Assembly (NCBI RefSeq): GCF_009914755.1
Contig: NC_060948.1
DNA length: 64,000 nt
Source of the DNA: the human T2T-CHM13v2.0 reference genome, Homo sapiens
Strand: one strand, 5' to 3'
This document shows, in pieces, positions 42,130 through 55,900 of the stretch. Under the pieces are notes generated by a model. The model saw only the letters and a program-made list of their open reading frames with translations. It searched no databases and was not told the origin of the DNA. Position numbers and translations under genes: made by a program. Each line of letters begins with the position of its first letter. The stretch's first letter is position 1.

Positions 42130-45100
42130 TATTAGAATGTAGTGAACTTTAATGGAATGAACTCGAATGGATTCGACTGGAATGGAATGTTCTGGAAGTG
42201 AATGGACTCCAATGGAATGGATTCAAAAGGAATGGAATCGAAGGGAATGGAATCTAATGGAATGGAATGAAATGGAAAGGAATCCAATCGAATAGCACGG
42301 AATTGAATTGAATGGAATCGAATGCAATGGAATCTAATGAAACGGAAAGGAAAGGAATGCAATGGGCTGGAATGCAATGAAATCGAACTGAAGAGACTGG
42401 AATGGAATGCACTGGCATGGAAGGGAGTTTAATGGAAGGTTCTCGAAAAGACTGGAATCGAATGGAATGGAATTGAATGGAACGGATATAGAGTCAAATG
42501 GAATTGAATGGAAAGGAAAGTAGTAGAGTGAAATGGAATCGAGTCACAAGGAATGGGCAGGAATAGAACGGTCTCGAATTGAATGGAATCGTATGGAATG
42601 GAATGGACAGCCACGGAATGGAATGCACTCGAATGCAATGGACTCGAAACTAATGGACTGGAATCGAATGGACTCGACTGGTACGGACTCCAATGGAATG
42701 GAATCGAATGGAATGGAATTGAACGGAATGGACTCGAAGTGAAAAGACTGCAATGGAAAGTCTCGAATGGAATGGAAATTAATGGAATGGAATGGAATCG
42801 AATGAAATGGAGTCAAAAGGAATGGAATCGAATGGCAAGAAATCGAATGTAATGGAATCTCAAGGAATGGATGTAAACGGAACGGAATGGAATGGAATCA
42901 AAAGGAATGGAATCGAATGGAATGGACTCGAACGGAAATGACTCGCATAGAATGGAATTTAACAAAATAGAATCAAATGTAATGGAATGGAATGGAAAGG
43001 AATCGAAACGAAAGGAATGGAGACAGATGGAATGGAATGGAACAGAGAGCAATGGTATAGAATGGAATGGAATCATATGGAAGGAATTGAATGGAATGGA
43101 AAAATATGAAATGGAATGGAAAGGAATGGAATGCACTTGAATTAAATGGACTGGAATGGAATGGACTCGAACGGAGTGGAATGGAAAGGATTGAAATAGA
43201 ATGGAATGGACTCCCTTGGAATGGTCTAGTATGCAATGCAAACGACTGGCAGGGAATCAAAAGGAATGTAATCGAATGGATTGGACTGGAACACAATGGA
43301 CTCAAATACATTGGAAACGGAATGCAATGGAATGGAATGGAATAGTATGGAATTGAATGGAAAGGAATGGAGTGGAATGGACTAGAGTGGAATGGAATGG
43401 ACTCGAAAGCAATGGACTGGAATGGAAGGATCTTGAATGGACCAGAATGAAACGGAAAGGAATGCAATGCAAGGCAATCAAATGGAATGGAATAAAAGAG
43501 AATGAAAGAGAATCAAATGGAATTGAATCAAATGGAATCGAATGGATTGGAAAGGAATAGAATGGAATGGAATGGAATTGACTCAAATGGAATGGACTAG
43601 AATGGAATGAAGTCGAATGGAAGGCAAAGGAATGGAATCTATTTGAATGGACTGTAATAAAATGGCATGGAAGGGATTGGAATGGACTCGAATGGAATGG
43701 ACTGCAATAGAAAGGATTCGAATGGAATGAAAAAGAATTGAATGGAATAGAACAGAATGGAATCAAATCGAATGAAATGGAATGGAATAGAAAGGAATGG
43801 AATGAAATGGAATGGAAAGGAATCGAATGGAATGCAATCGAATGGAATGGAATCGAACGGAATGGAATAAAATGGAAGGAAACTGGCAAGAAATGGAATC
43901 GAAATGAATGGAGTGTTATGGAACGGACTCAAAAGGAATTGAATGTAATAGAATGGAGTGGAGTGGACTCGAATATAATGGACTGGAATGGAATGGAATC
44001 ACATGGAATGGGAACGAATGGAATGGAATGGAAAGGAATGGAATCGAATGGAAAGGAATCGAATGGAAGGGAATGAAATTGAATCAACAGGAATGGAAGG
44101 GAATAGAATAGACGGTAATGGAATGGACTCGAATAGAATGGACACGAATGCTCAAATTGAATGGACTCGAATGGAATGGAAACGAAAGGAATGTCATCGA
44201 ATGGAATTGAATCGATTGGAATGAAATGGCATAGAATGGAGTGGAATGAAATGGAATTGAATCGAAAGGAAAGGAAGCGAATGGACTGAAATGAAATGGA
44301 ATGGAATTGAATGGAAAGTAATGCAATGGAATAGAATGGAACGAAATTTCACGGAATGGAATCAAACAGAATGGAATCAAATCAATGGAATATAATCAAA
44401 TGGAATGGAATGGAATGGAAGGGATTTGAATGGAATAGATTGGATTGGAAGGGATTGGAATGCAATGGAATGGAAAGGACTCGAATTTCATGAAACGGAA
44501 TGGAATGAATTGGAATGGGATGGACTCGAATGGAATGGAATGTCATGGAATGGCATCAAATAGAATGGAATCAAATGGAATGGAATCGAATGCAATGGAA
44601 TGTTATGGAATGGAATGTCCTCTAATGGAATGGATTCGAGTGGAATGGAATCGAATATAATGGAGTGGAATGAAATGGAATTGAAAGGAATGGGATCGAA
44701 TAGAATGGAATATACTGGAATGTAATGTAATGAAGTCGAATGTAATTGACTGGAATGGAATGTACGTGAATGGAATGTAATCGAATGGAAAGTAATCCAA
44801 TGGAATAGAATCTAATGCAATAAAATCGACTCGAATGGAATAGAATATAATGGAATGGAATGCAGTGCAATGGAACGGAATGGAATGGAATGCAATGGAG
44901 TGGAATGGAATGGATTGGAATGGAATGGGATGGAATGGTATGGAATGGATAGTAATGGACTGGAGTGAAATGGACTGGAAAGGAATGGACTCAAATTGAA
45001 AGGGCTCGAAAGGAATGGAGTCAAATGGAATGATCTGTAATGGAATGAACTCGAATGTAATGCAATCCAATAGAATGGAAACAAATGGAATGGAATTGAA

Positions 45101-45565
45101 TGGAATGGAATTGAATGGAATGGGAACGAATGGAGTGAAATTGTATGGAATAGAAGGGAATAGAATGGAATGCAAGGGAAAGGAAAGGAATGGATTGGAA
45201 TGGAATGGAATTCATTGGAATGGAAGGGAATGTAGTGTAATGGACAGGCCTGGAATAAACTGGAATGCTACGGTCTCGAATGGAATAAAAATGTATGGAA
45301 TTGAATGCAATGAAACGAATCGAATGTCATAGAAAGTAATGAAATGCAAAAAAAGGACTCCAAAATCATTGACTGGAAAGGCTGGGTGTCGAAAGGAATT
45401 GACTCCAATGGAATGGAATCGAATGGAATGGAAGTGAAGAGAATCGAACTAAATCGAATGGAATGGAATTGATAGGAACGGAATGGAAAGGAGTGGAATG
45501 ATTTGGCATGGAATGGAATGGAATGGCATCGAATGGAATGGAATGGAATGCAATGGAATGGAATG
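42130..45565 (+). repeat. Chimeric unit U13, 3436 bp: A/B-like 5' part, C-like 3' part
   Basis: The 5' part has A/B alleles (GGATATAGAGTC, GCACTTGAATT, GCAAGGCAATC, AGGAAACTGGC). The 3' part has C alleles (GTACGTGAA, TAAAATCGACTCG, GGAATTCATTGG, GACAGGCCTGG). Confidence 0.8.
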
Positions 45566-46920
45566 TATTAGAATGTAATGAACTTTAATGGGATGTACTC
45601 GAATGGATTCGACTGGAATGGAATGTTCTGGAAGTGAATGGACTCCAATGGAATGGATTCGAAAGGAATGGAATCGAACGGAATGGAATCTAATGGAATG
45701 GAACTAAATGGAAAGGAATCAAATTGAATAGCACGGAATTGAATTGAATGGAATCGAATGCAATGGAATCTAATGAAACGGAAAGGAAAGGAATGGAATG
45801 GAATGGAATGGGCTGGAATGGAATGGAATCGAAACGAATGGAATGCAATCGAACTGCAGAGACTAGAATGGAATGTACTGGAATGCAAGGGAGTGTAATG
45901 GAAGGTTCTCGAAAAAAATGGAATCGAATGGAATGGAATTGAATGGAACGGAATAGAGTCGAATGGAATTGAATGGAATGGAATGGACTAGAGTGAAATG
46001 GAATCGAGTCACAAGGAATGGACAGGAATAGAATGGCCTCGAATTGAATGGTATCGTATGGAATGGCATCAAACGGAATGGAATGGACAGCCACGGAATG
46101 GAATGCACTCGAATGCAATGGAGTCGAAACTAATGGACTGGAATAGAATGGACTCGACTGGAACGGACTCCAATGGAATGGAATCGAATGGAAGGGAATC
46201 GAACGGAATGGACTCGAAGTGAAAAGACTGCAACGGAAAGGTTTCGAATGGATTGGAAATTAATGGAATGGAATGGAATCGAATGAAATGGAGTCAAAAG
46301 GAATGGAATCGAATGGCAAGGAATCGAATGTAATGGAATCGCAAGGAATGGATGTGAACGGAACGGAATGGAATGGAATCAAAAGGAATGGAATAGAATG
46401 GAATGGAATCGAATGGAAAGGACTCGAATGGAAATCACTTGAATAGAATGAAATTTAATAAAATAGGATCAAATGTAATGGAATGGAATGGAAAGGAATC
46501 CAAACGAAAGGAATGGAGACAGATGGAATGGAATGGAACAGAGAGCAATGGTATAGAATGGAATGGAATCATCTGGAATGGAATTGAATGGAATGGAATA
46601 ATATGATATGGAATGGAATGGAATGGAATGCCCTTGAATTAAATGGACTGGAGTGGAATGGACTCGAACAGAGTGGAATGTAAAGTGTTGAAATAGAATG
46701 GAATGGACTCCTTTGGAATGGTCTAGTATGCAATGCAATCGACTGGCAGGGAATCAAAAGGAATGTAATCGAATGGATTGGACTGGAATGCAATGGACTC
46801 GAATAGATAGGAAACGGAATGCAAAGGAATGGAATGGAATAGTATGGAATGGAATGGAAAGGAATGGAGTGGAATAGACTAGAGTGGAATGGAATGGACT
46901 TGAAAGCAATGGACTGGAAT

Positions 46921-46935
46921 GGAACTTTCTTGAAT
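46921..46935. promoter_or_regulatory. Perfect heat-shock element motif HSE3, gGAActTTCttGAAt, type C units only
   Basis: Seen at 46921, 50429, 53941, 57430 and 61099. A/B units have gGAAcgATCttGAAt at the homologous site. Confidence 0.5.
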
Positions 46936-49900
46936 GGACTGGAATCAAACGGAATGGAATGCAATGCAATCAAATGGCATGGAATAAAATAGAATGAAAG
47001 AGAATCAAATGGAATTGAATCGAATGGAATCGAATGGATTGGAAAGGAATAGAATGGAATGGAATGGAACTGACTCAAATGGAATGGACTAGAATGGAAT
47101 GGAGTCGAATGGAAGGCAAAGGAATAGAATCTATTGGAATGGACTGTAATGGAATGGAATGGAAGGGATTGGAATGGACTCGAATGGAATGGACTGCAAT
47201 AGAAAGGATTCGAATGGAATGAAAAAGAATTGAATGGAATAGAACAGAATGGAATCAAATCGAATGTAACGGAATGGAATTGAAAGGAATGGAATGAAAC
47301 GGAATGGAAAGGATTCGAATGGAATGCAATCAAATGGAATGGAATCGAACGGAATGGAATAAAATGGAAGAAAACTGGCAAGAAATGGAATCGAAATGAA
47401 TGGAGTGTTATGGAACGGACTCAAAGGGAATTGAATGTAATAGAATGGAGTGGAGTGGACTCGAATATAATGGACTGCAATGGAATGGAATCACATGGAA
47501 TGGGAACGAATGGAATGGAATGGAAAGGAATGGAATCGAATGGAAAGGAATCGAATGGAAGGGAATGAAATTGAATCAACAGGAATGGAAGGGAATAGAA
47601 TAGACTGTAATTGAATGGACTCGAATAGAATGGACACGAATGCTCAAATTTAATGGACTCGTATAGAATGGAAACGAAGGGAATGTCATCGAATGGAATT
47701 GAATCGATTGGAATGAAATCGCATAGAAAGAAGTGGAATCAAATGGAATTGAATCGAAAGCAAAGGAAGCAAATTGACTGAAATGAAATGGAATGGAATT
47801 GAATGGAAAGTAATGCAATGGAATAGAATGGAACGAAATTTCACGGAATGGAATCAAACAGAATGGAATCAAATCAATGGAATATAATCAAATGGAATGG
47901 ATAGGAATTGAATGGAATAGATTGGATTGGAAGGGATTGGAATGCAATGGAATGGGAAGGACTCGAATTTCATGAAACGGAATGGAATGAATTGGAATGG
48001 AATGGACTCGAATGGAATGGAATGTCATGGAATGGCATCAAATGGAATGGCATCAAATGGAATGGAATCGAATGCAATGGAATGTTATGGAATGGAATGG
48101 AATGTATTGGAATGAAATGTGCTCTAATGGAATGGATTCGAGTGGAATGGAATCGAATATAATGGAGTGGAATGAAATGGAATTGAAAGGAATGGGATCA
48201 AATAGAATGGAATATACTGGAATGTAATGTAATGAAGTCGAATGTAATTGACTGGAATGGAATGTACGTGAACGGAATGTATTCGAATGGAAAGTAATCC
48301 AATGGAATAGAATCTAATGCAATAAAATCGACTCGAATGGAATAGAATATAATGGAATGGAATGCTGTGCAATGGAACGGAATGGAATGGAATGCAATGG
48401 AGTGGAATGGAATGGATTGGAATGGAATGGGATGGAATGGTATGGAATGGATAGTAATGGACTGGAGTGAAATGGACTGGAAAGGAATGGACTCAAATTG
48501 AAAAGGCTCGAAAGGAATGGAGTCAAATGGAATGATCTGTAATGGAATGAACTCGAATGTAATGCAATCCAATAGAATGGAAACAAATGGAATGGAATTG
48601 AATGGAATGGAATTGAATGGAATGGGAACGAATGGAGTGAAATTGTATGGAATAGAAGAGAATAGAATGGAATGCAAGGGAAAGGAAAGGAATGGATTGG
48701 AATGGAATGGAATTCATTGGAATGGAAGGGAATGTAGTGTAATGGACAGGCCTGGAATAAACTGGAATGCTACGGTCTCGAATGGAATAAAAATGTATGG
48801 AATGGAATGCAATGAAACGAATCGAATGTCATAGAATGTAATGGAATGCAAAAAAATGGACTCCAAAATCATTGACTGGAAAGGCTTGGTGTCGAAAGGA
48901 ATTGACTCCAATGGAATGGAATCGAATGTAATGGAAGTGAATAGAATCGAACTAAATCGAATGGAATGGAATTGATAGGAACGGAATGGAAAGGAATGGA
49001 ATGATTTGGCATGGAATGGAATCGAATGGAATCGAATGGAATGGAATGGAATGCAATGGAATGGAATGTATTAGAATGTAATGAAATCTAATGGGATGTA
49101 CTCGAATGGATTCGACTGGAATGGAATGTTCTGGAAGTGAATGGACTCCAATGGAATGGATTCGAAAGGAATGGAATCGAACGGAATGGAATCTAATGGA
49201 ATGGAATTAAATGGAAAGGAATCAAATTGAATAGCACGGAATTGAATTGAATGGAATCGAATGCAATGGAATCTAATGAAACGGAAAGGAAAGGAATGGA
49301 ATGGAATGGAATGGGCTGGAATGGAATGGAATCGAAACGAATGGAATGGAATCGAACTGCAGAGACTGGAATGGAATGTACTGGAATGCAAGGGAGTGTA
49401 ATGGAAGGTTCTCGAAAAGAATGGAATCGAATGGAATGGAATTGAATGGAACGGAATAGAGTCGAATGGAATTGAATGGAATGGAATTGACTAGAGTGAA
49501 ATGGAATCGAGTCACAAGGAATGGACAGGAATAGAATGGTCTCGAATTGAATGGAATCGTATGGAATGGCATCAAACGGAATGGAATGGACAGCCACGTA
49601 ATGGAAAGCACTCGAATGCAATGGAGTCGAAACTAATGGACTGGAATAGAATGGACTCGACTGGTACGGACTCCAATGGAATGGAATGGAATGGAAGGGA
49701 ATCGAACGGAATGGACTCGAAGTGAAAAGATTGCAACGGAAAGGTTTCGAATGGAATGGAAATTAATGGAATGGAATGGAATCGAATGAAATGGAGTCAA
49801 AAGGAATGGAATCGAATGGCAAGGAATCGAATGTAATGGAATCGCAAGGAATGGATGTGAACGGAACGGAATGGAATGGAATCAAAAGGAATGGAATAGA

Positions 49901-52900
49901 ATGGAATGGAATCGAATGGAAAGGACTCGAATGGAAATCACTTGAATAGAATGCAATTTAATAAAATAGGATCAAATGTAATGGAATGGAATGGAAAGGA
50001 ATCGAAACGAAAGGAAAGGAGACAGATGGAATGGAATGGAACAGAGAGCAATGGTATAGAATGGAATGGAATCATCTGGAATGGAATTGAATGGAATGGA
50101 ATAATATGATATGGAATGGAATGGAACGGAATGCCCTTGAATTAAATGGACTGGAATGGAATGGACTCGAACAGAGTGGAATGGAAAGTGTTGAAATAGA
50201 ATGGAATGGACTCCTTTGGAATGGTCTAGTATGCAATGCAATCGACTGGCAGGGAATCAAAAGGAATGTAATCGAATGGATTGGACTGGAATGCAATGGA
50301 CTCGAATAGATAGGAAACGGAATGCAAAGGAATGGAATGGAATAGTATGGAATGGAATGGAATGGAAAGGAATGGAGTGAAATAGACTAGAGTGGAATGG
50401 AATGGACTCGAAAGCAATGGACTGGAATGGAACTTTCTTGAATGGACTGGAATCAAACGGAATGGAATGCAATGCAATCAAATGGCATGGAATAAAATAG
50501 AATGAAAGAGAATCAAATGGAATTGAATCGAATGGAATCGAATGGATTGGAAAGGAATAGAATGGAATGGAATGGAACTGACACAAATGGAATTGACTAG
50601 AATGAAATGGAGTCGAATGGAAGGCAAAGGAATAGAACCTATTGGAATGGACTGTAATGGAATGGAATGGAAGGGATTGGAATGGACTCGAATGGAATGG
50701 ACTGCAATAGAAAGGATTCGAATGGAATGAAAAAGAATTGAATGAAATAGAACAGAATGGAATCAAATCGAATGTAACGGAATGGAATTGAAAGGAATGG
50801 AATGAAATGGAATGGAAAGGATTCGAATGGAATGCAATCGAAGGGAATGCAATCGGATGGAATGGAATCGAACGGAATGGAATAAAATGGAAGAAAACTG
50901 GCAAGAAATGGAATCGAAATGAATGGAGTGTTATGGAACGGACTCAAAAGGAATTGAATGTAATAGAATGGAGTGGAGTGGACTCGAATATTATGGACTG
51001 GAATGGAATGGAATCACATGGAATGGGAACGAATGGAATGGAATGGAAAGGAATGGAATCGAATGGAAAGGAATCGAATGGAAGGGAATGAAATTGAATC
51101 AACAGGAATGGAAGGGAATAGAATAGACTGTAATGGAATGGACTCGAATAGAATGGACACGAATGCTCAAATTGAATGGACTCGTATAGAATGGAAACGA
51201 AAGGAATGTCATCGAATGGAATTGAATCGATTGGAATGAAATGGCATAGAATGGAGTGGAATGAAATGGAATTGAATCGAAAGCAAAGGAAGCGAATGGA
51301 CTGAAATGAAATGGAATGGAATTGAATGGAAAGTAATGCAATGGAATGGAATGGAACGAAATTTCACGGAATGGAATCAAACAGAATGGAATCAAATCAA
51401 TGGAATATAATCAAATGGAATGGATAGGAATTAAAAGGAATAGATTTGATTGGAAGGGATTGGAATGCAATGGAATGGGAAGGACTCGAATTTCATGAAA
51501 CGGAATGGAATGGACTCGAATGGAATGGAATGTCTTGGAATGGCATCAAATGGAATGGCATCAAATGGAATGGAATCGAATGCAATGGAATGTTATGGAA
51601 TGAAATGGGATGCATTGGAATGAAATGTCCTCTAATGGAATGGATTCGAGTGGAATGGAATCGAATATAATGGAGTAGAATGAAATGGAATTGAAAGGAA
51701 TGGGATCGAATAGAATGGAATATACTGGAATGTAATGTAATGAAGTCGAATGTAATTGACTGGAATGGAATGTACGTGAATGGAATGGAATCGAATGGAA
51801 AGTAAGCCAATGGAATAGAATCTAATGCAATAAAATCGACTTGAATGGAATAGAATGGAATGGAATGGAATACAGTGCAGTGGAACGGAATGGAATGGAA
51901 TGAAATGGAGTGGAATGGAATGGAATGGAATGGAATGGGATGGAATGGTATGGAATGGATAGGAATGGACTGGAGTGAAATGGACTGGAAAGGAATGGAC
52001 TCAAATTGAAAGGGCTCGAAAGGAATGGAGTCAAATGGAATGATCTGAAATGGAATGAACTCGAATGTAATACAATCCAATAGAATGGAAACAAATGAAA
52101 TGGAATTGAATGGAATGGAATTGAATGGAATGGGAACGAATGGAGTGAAATTGTATGGAATAGAAGAGAATGGAATGGAATGCAAGGGAAAGGAAAGGAA
52201 TGGATTGGAATGGAATGGTTCATTGGAATGGAAGGGAATGTAGTGTAATGGACAGGCCTGGAATAAACTGGAATGCTACGGTCTGGAATGGAATAAAAAT
52301 GTATGGAATGGAATGCAATGAAACAGAATCGAATGTCATAGAATGTAATGGAATGCAAAAAAATGGACTCCAAAATCATTGACTGGAAAGGCTGGGTGTC
52401 GAAAGGAATTGACTCCAATGGAATGGAATCGAATGGAATGGAAGTGAATAGAATCGAACTAAATCGAATGGAATGGAATTGATAGGAACGGAATGGAAAG
52501 GAATGGAATGATTTGGCATGGAATGGAATCGAATGGCATCGAATGGAATGGAATGGAATGCAATGGAATGGAATGTATTAGAATGTAATGAACTTTAATG
52601 GGATGTACTCGAATGGATTCGACTGGAATGGAATGTTCTGGAAGTGAATGGACTCCAATGGAATGGATTCGAAAGGAATGGAATCGAACGGAATGGAATC
52701 TAATGGAATGGAATTAAATGGAAAGGAATCAAATGGAATAGCACGGAATTGAATTGAATGGAATCGAATGCAATGGAATCTAATGAAACGGAAAGGAAAG
52801 GAATGGAATGGAATGGAATGGGCTGGAATGGAATGGAATCGAAACGAATGGAATGGAATCGAACTGCAGAGACTGCCATGGAATGTACTGGAATGCAAGG

Positions 52901-55900
52901 GAGAGTAATGGAAGGTTCTCGAAAAGAATGGAATCGAATGGAATGGAATTGAATGGAACAGAACAGAGTCAAATGGAACTGAATGGAACGGAATGGACTA
53001 GAGTGAAATGGAATCGAGTCACAAGGAATGGACAGGAATAGAATGGTCTCGAATTGAATGGAATCGTATGGAATGGCATCAAACGGAATGGAATGGACAG
53101 CCACGGAATGGAATGCACTCGAATGCAATGGAGTCGAAACTATTGGACTGGAATAGAATGGACTCGACTGGTACGGACTCCAATGGAATGGAATGGAATG
53201 GAAGGGAATCGAACGGAATGGACTCGAAGTGAAAAGACTGCAACGGAAAGGTTTCGAATGGAATGGAAATTAATGGAATGGAATGGAATCGAATGAAATG
53301 GAGTCAAAAGGAATGGAATCGAATGGCAAGGAATCGAATGTAATGGAATCGCAAGGAATGGATGTGAACGGAACGGAATGGAATGGAATCAAAAGGAATA
53401 GAATAGAATGGAATGGAATCGAATGGAAAGGACTCGAATGGAAATCACTTGAATAGAATGAAATTTAATAAAATAGGATCAAATGTAATGGAATGGAATG
53501 GAAAGGAATCGAAACGAAAGGAATGGAGACAGATGGAATGGAATGGAACAGAGAGCAATGGTATAGAATGGAATGGAATCATCTGGAATGGAATTGAATG
53601 GAATGGAATAATATGATATGGAATGGAATGGAACGGAATGCCCTTGAATTAAATGGACTGGAATGGAATGGACTCGAACACAGTGGAATGGAAAGTGTTG
53701 AAATAGAATGGAATGGACTCCTTTGGAATGGTCTAGTATGCAAGGCAATCGACTGGCAGGGAATCAAAAGGAATGTAATCGAATGGATTGGACTGGAATG
53801 CAATGGACTCGAATAGATAGGAAACGGAATGCAAAGGAATGGAATGGAATAGTATGGAATGGAATGGAATGGAATGGAAAGGAATGGAGTGAAATAGACT
53901 AGAGTGGAATGGAATGGACTCGAAAGCAATGGACTGGAATGGAACTTTCTTGAATGGACTGGAATCAAACGGAATGGAATGCAATGCAATCAAATGGCAT
54001 GGAATAAAATAGAATGAAAGAGAATCAAATGGAATTGAATCGAATGGAATCGAATGGATTGGAAAGGAATAGAATGGAATGGAATGGAACTGACTCAAAT
54101 GGAATGGACTAGAATGAAATGGAGTCGAATGGAAGGCAAAGGAATAGAATCTATTGGAATGGACTGTAATGGAATGGAATGGAAGGGATTGGAATGGACT
54201 CGAATGGAATGGACTGCAATAGAAAGGATTCGAAGGGAATGAAAAAGAATTGAATGGAATAGAACATAATGGAATCAAATCGAATGTAACGGAATGGAAT
54301 TGAAAGGAATGGAAAGGATTCGAATGGAATGCAATCGAAGGGAATGCAATCGAATGGAATGGAATCGAACGGAATGGAATAAAATGGAAGAAAACTGGCA
54401 AGAAATGGAATCGAAATGAATGGAGTGTTATGGAACGGACTCAAAAGGAATTGAATGTAATAGAATGGAGTGGAGTGGACTCGAATATTATGGACTGGAA
54501 TGGAATGGAATCACATGGAATGGGAACGAATGGAATGGAATGGAAAGGAATGGAATCGAATGGAAAGGAATCGAATGGAAGGGAATGAAATTGAATCAAC
54601 AGGAATGGAAGGGAATAGAATAGACTGTAATGGAATGGACTCGAATAGAATGGACACGAATGCTCAAATTGAATGGACTCGTATAGAATGGAAACGAAAG
54701 GAATGTCATCGAATGGAATTGAATCCATTGGAATAAAATCGCATAGAATGGAGTGGAATCAAATGGAATTGTATCGAAAGTAAAGGAAGCGAATGGACTG
54801 AAATGAAATGGAATGGAATTGAATGGAAACTAATGCAATGGAATGGAATGGAACGAAATTTCACGGAATGGAATCAAACAGAATGGAATCAAATCAATGG
54901 AATATAATCAAATGGAATGGATAGGAAGTAAAAGGAATAGATTCGATTGGAAGGGATTGGAATGCAATGGAATGGGAAGGACTCGAATTTCATGAAACGG
55001 AATGGAATGGACTCGAATGGAATGGAATGTCATGGAATGGCATCAAATGAAATGGCATCAAATGGAATGGAATCGAATGCAATGGAATGTTATGGAATGG
55101 AATGGGATGCATTGGAATGAAATGTCCTCTAATGGAATGGATTCGAGTGGAACGGAATCGAATATAATGGAGTCGAATGAAATGGAATTGAAAGGAATGG
55201 GATCGAATAGAATGGAATATACTGGAATGTAATGTAATGAAGCCGAATGTAATTGACTGGAATGGAATGTACGTGAATGGAATGTAATCGAATGGAAAGT
55301 AAGCCAATGGAATAGAATCTAATGCAATAAAATCGACTCGAATGGAATAGAATGTAATGGAATGGAATGCAGTGCAGTGGAACGGAATGGAATGGAATGC
55401 AATGGAGTGGAATGGAATGGAATGGAATGGGATGGAATGGTTTGGAATGGATAGTAATGGACTGGAGTGAAATGGACTGGAAAGGAATGGACTCAAATTG
55501 AAAGGGCTCGAAAGGAATGGAGTCAAATGGAATGATCTGAAATGGAATGAACTCGAATGTAATACAATCCAATAGAATGGAAACAAATGGAATGGAATTG
55601 AATGGAATGGAATTGAATGGAATGGGAACGAATGGAGTGAAATTGTATGGAATAGAAGAGAATAGAATGGAATGCAAGGGAAAGGAAAGGAATGGATTGG
55701 AATGGAATGGAATTCATTGGAATGGAAGGGAATGTAGTGTAATGGACAGGCCTGGAATAAACTGGAATGCTACGGTCTCGAATGGAATAAAAATGTATGG
55801 AATGGAATGCAATGAAACGGAATCGAATGTCATAGAATGTAATGGAATGCAAAAAAATGGACTCCAAAATCATTGACTGGAAAGGCTGGGTGTCGAAAGG

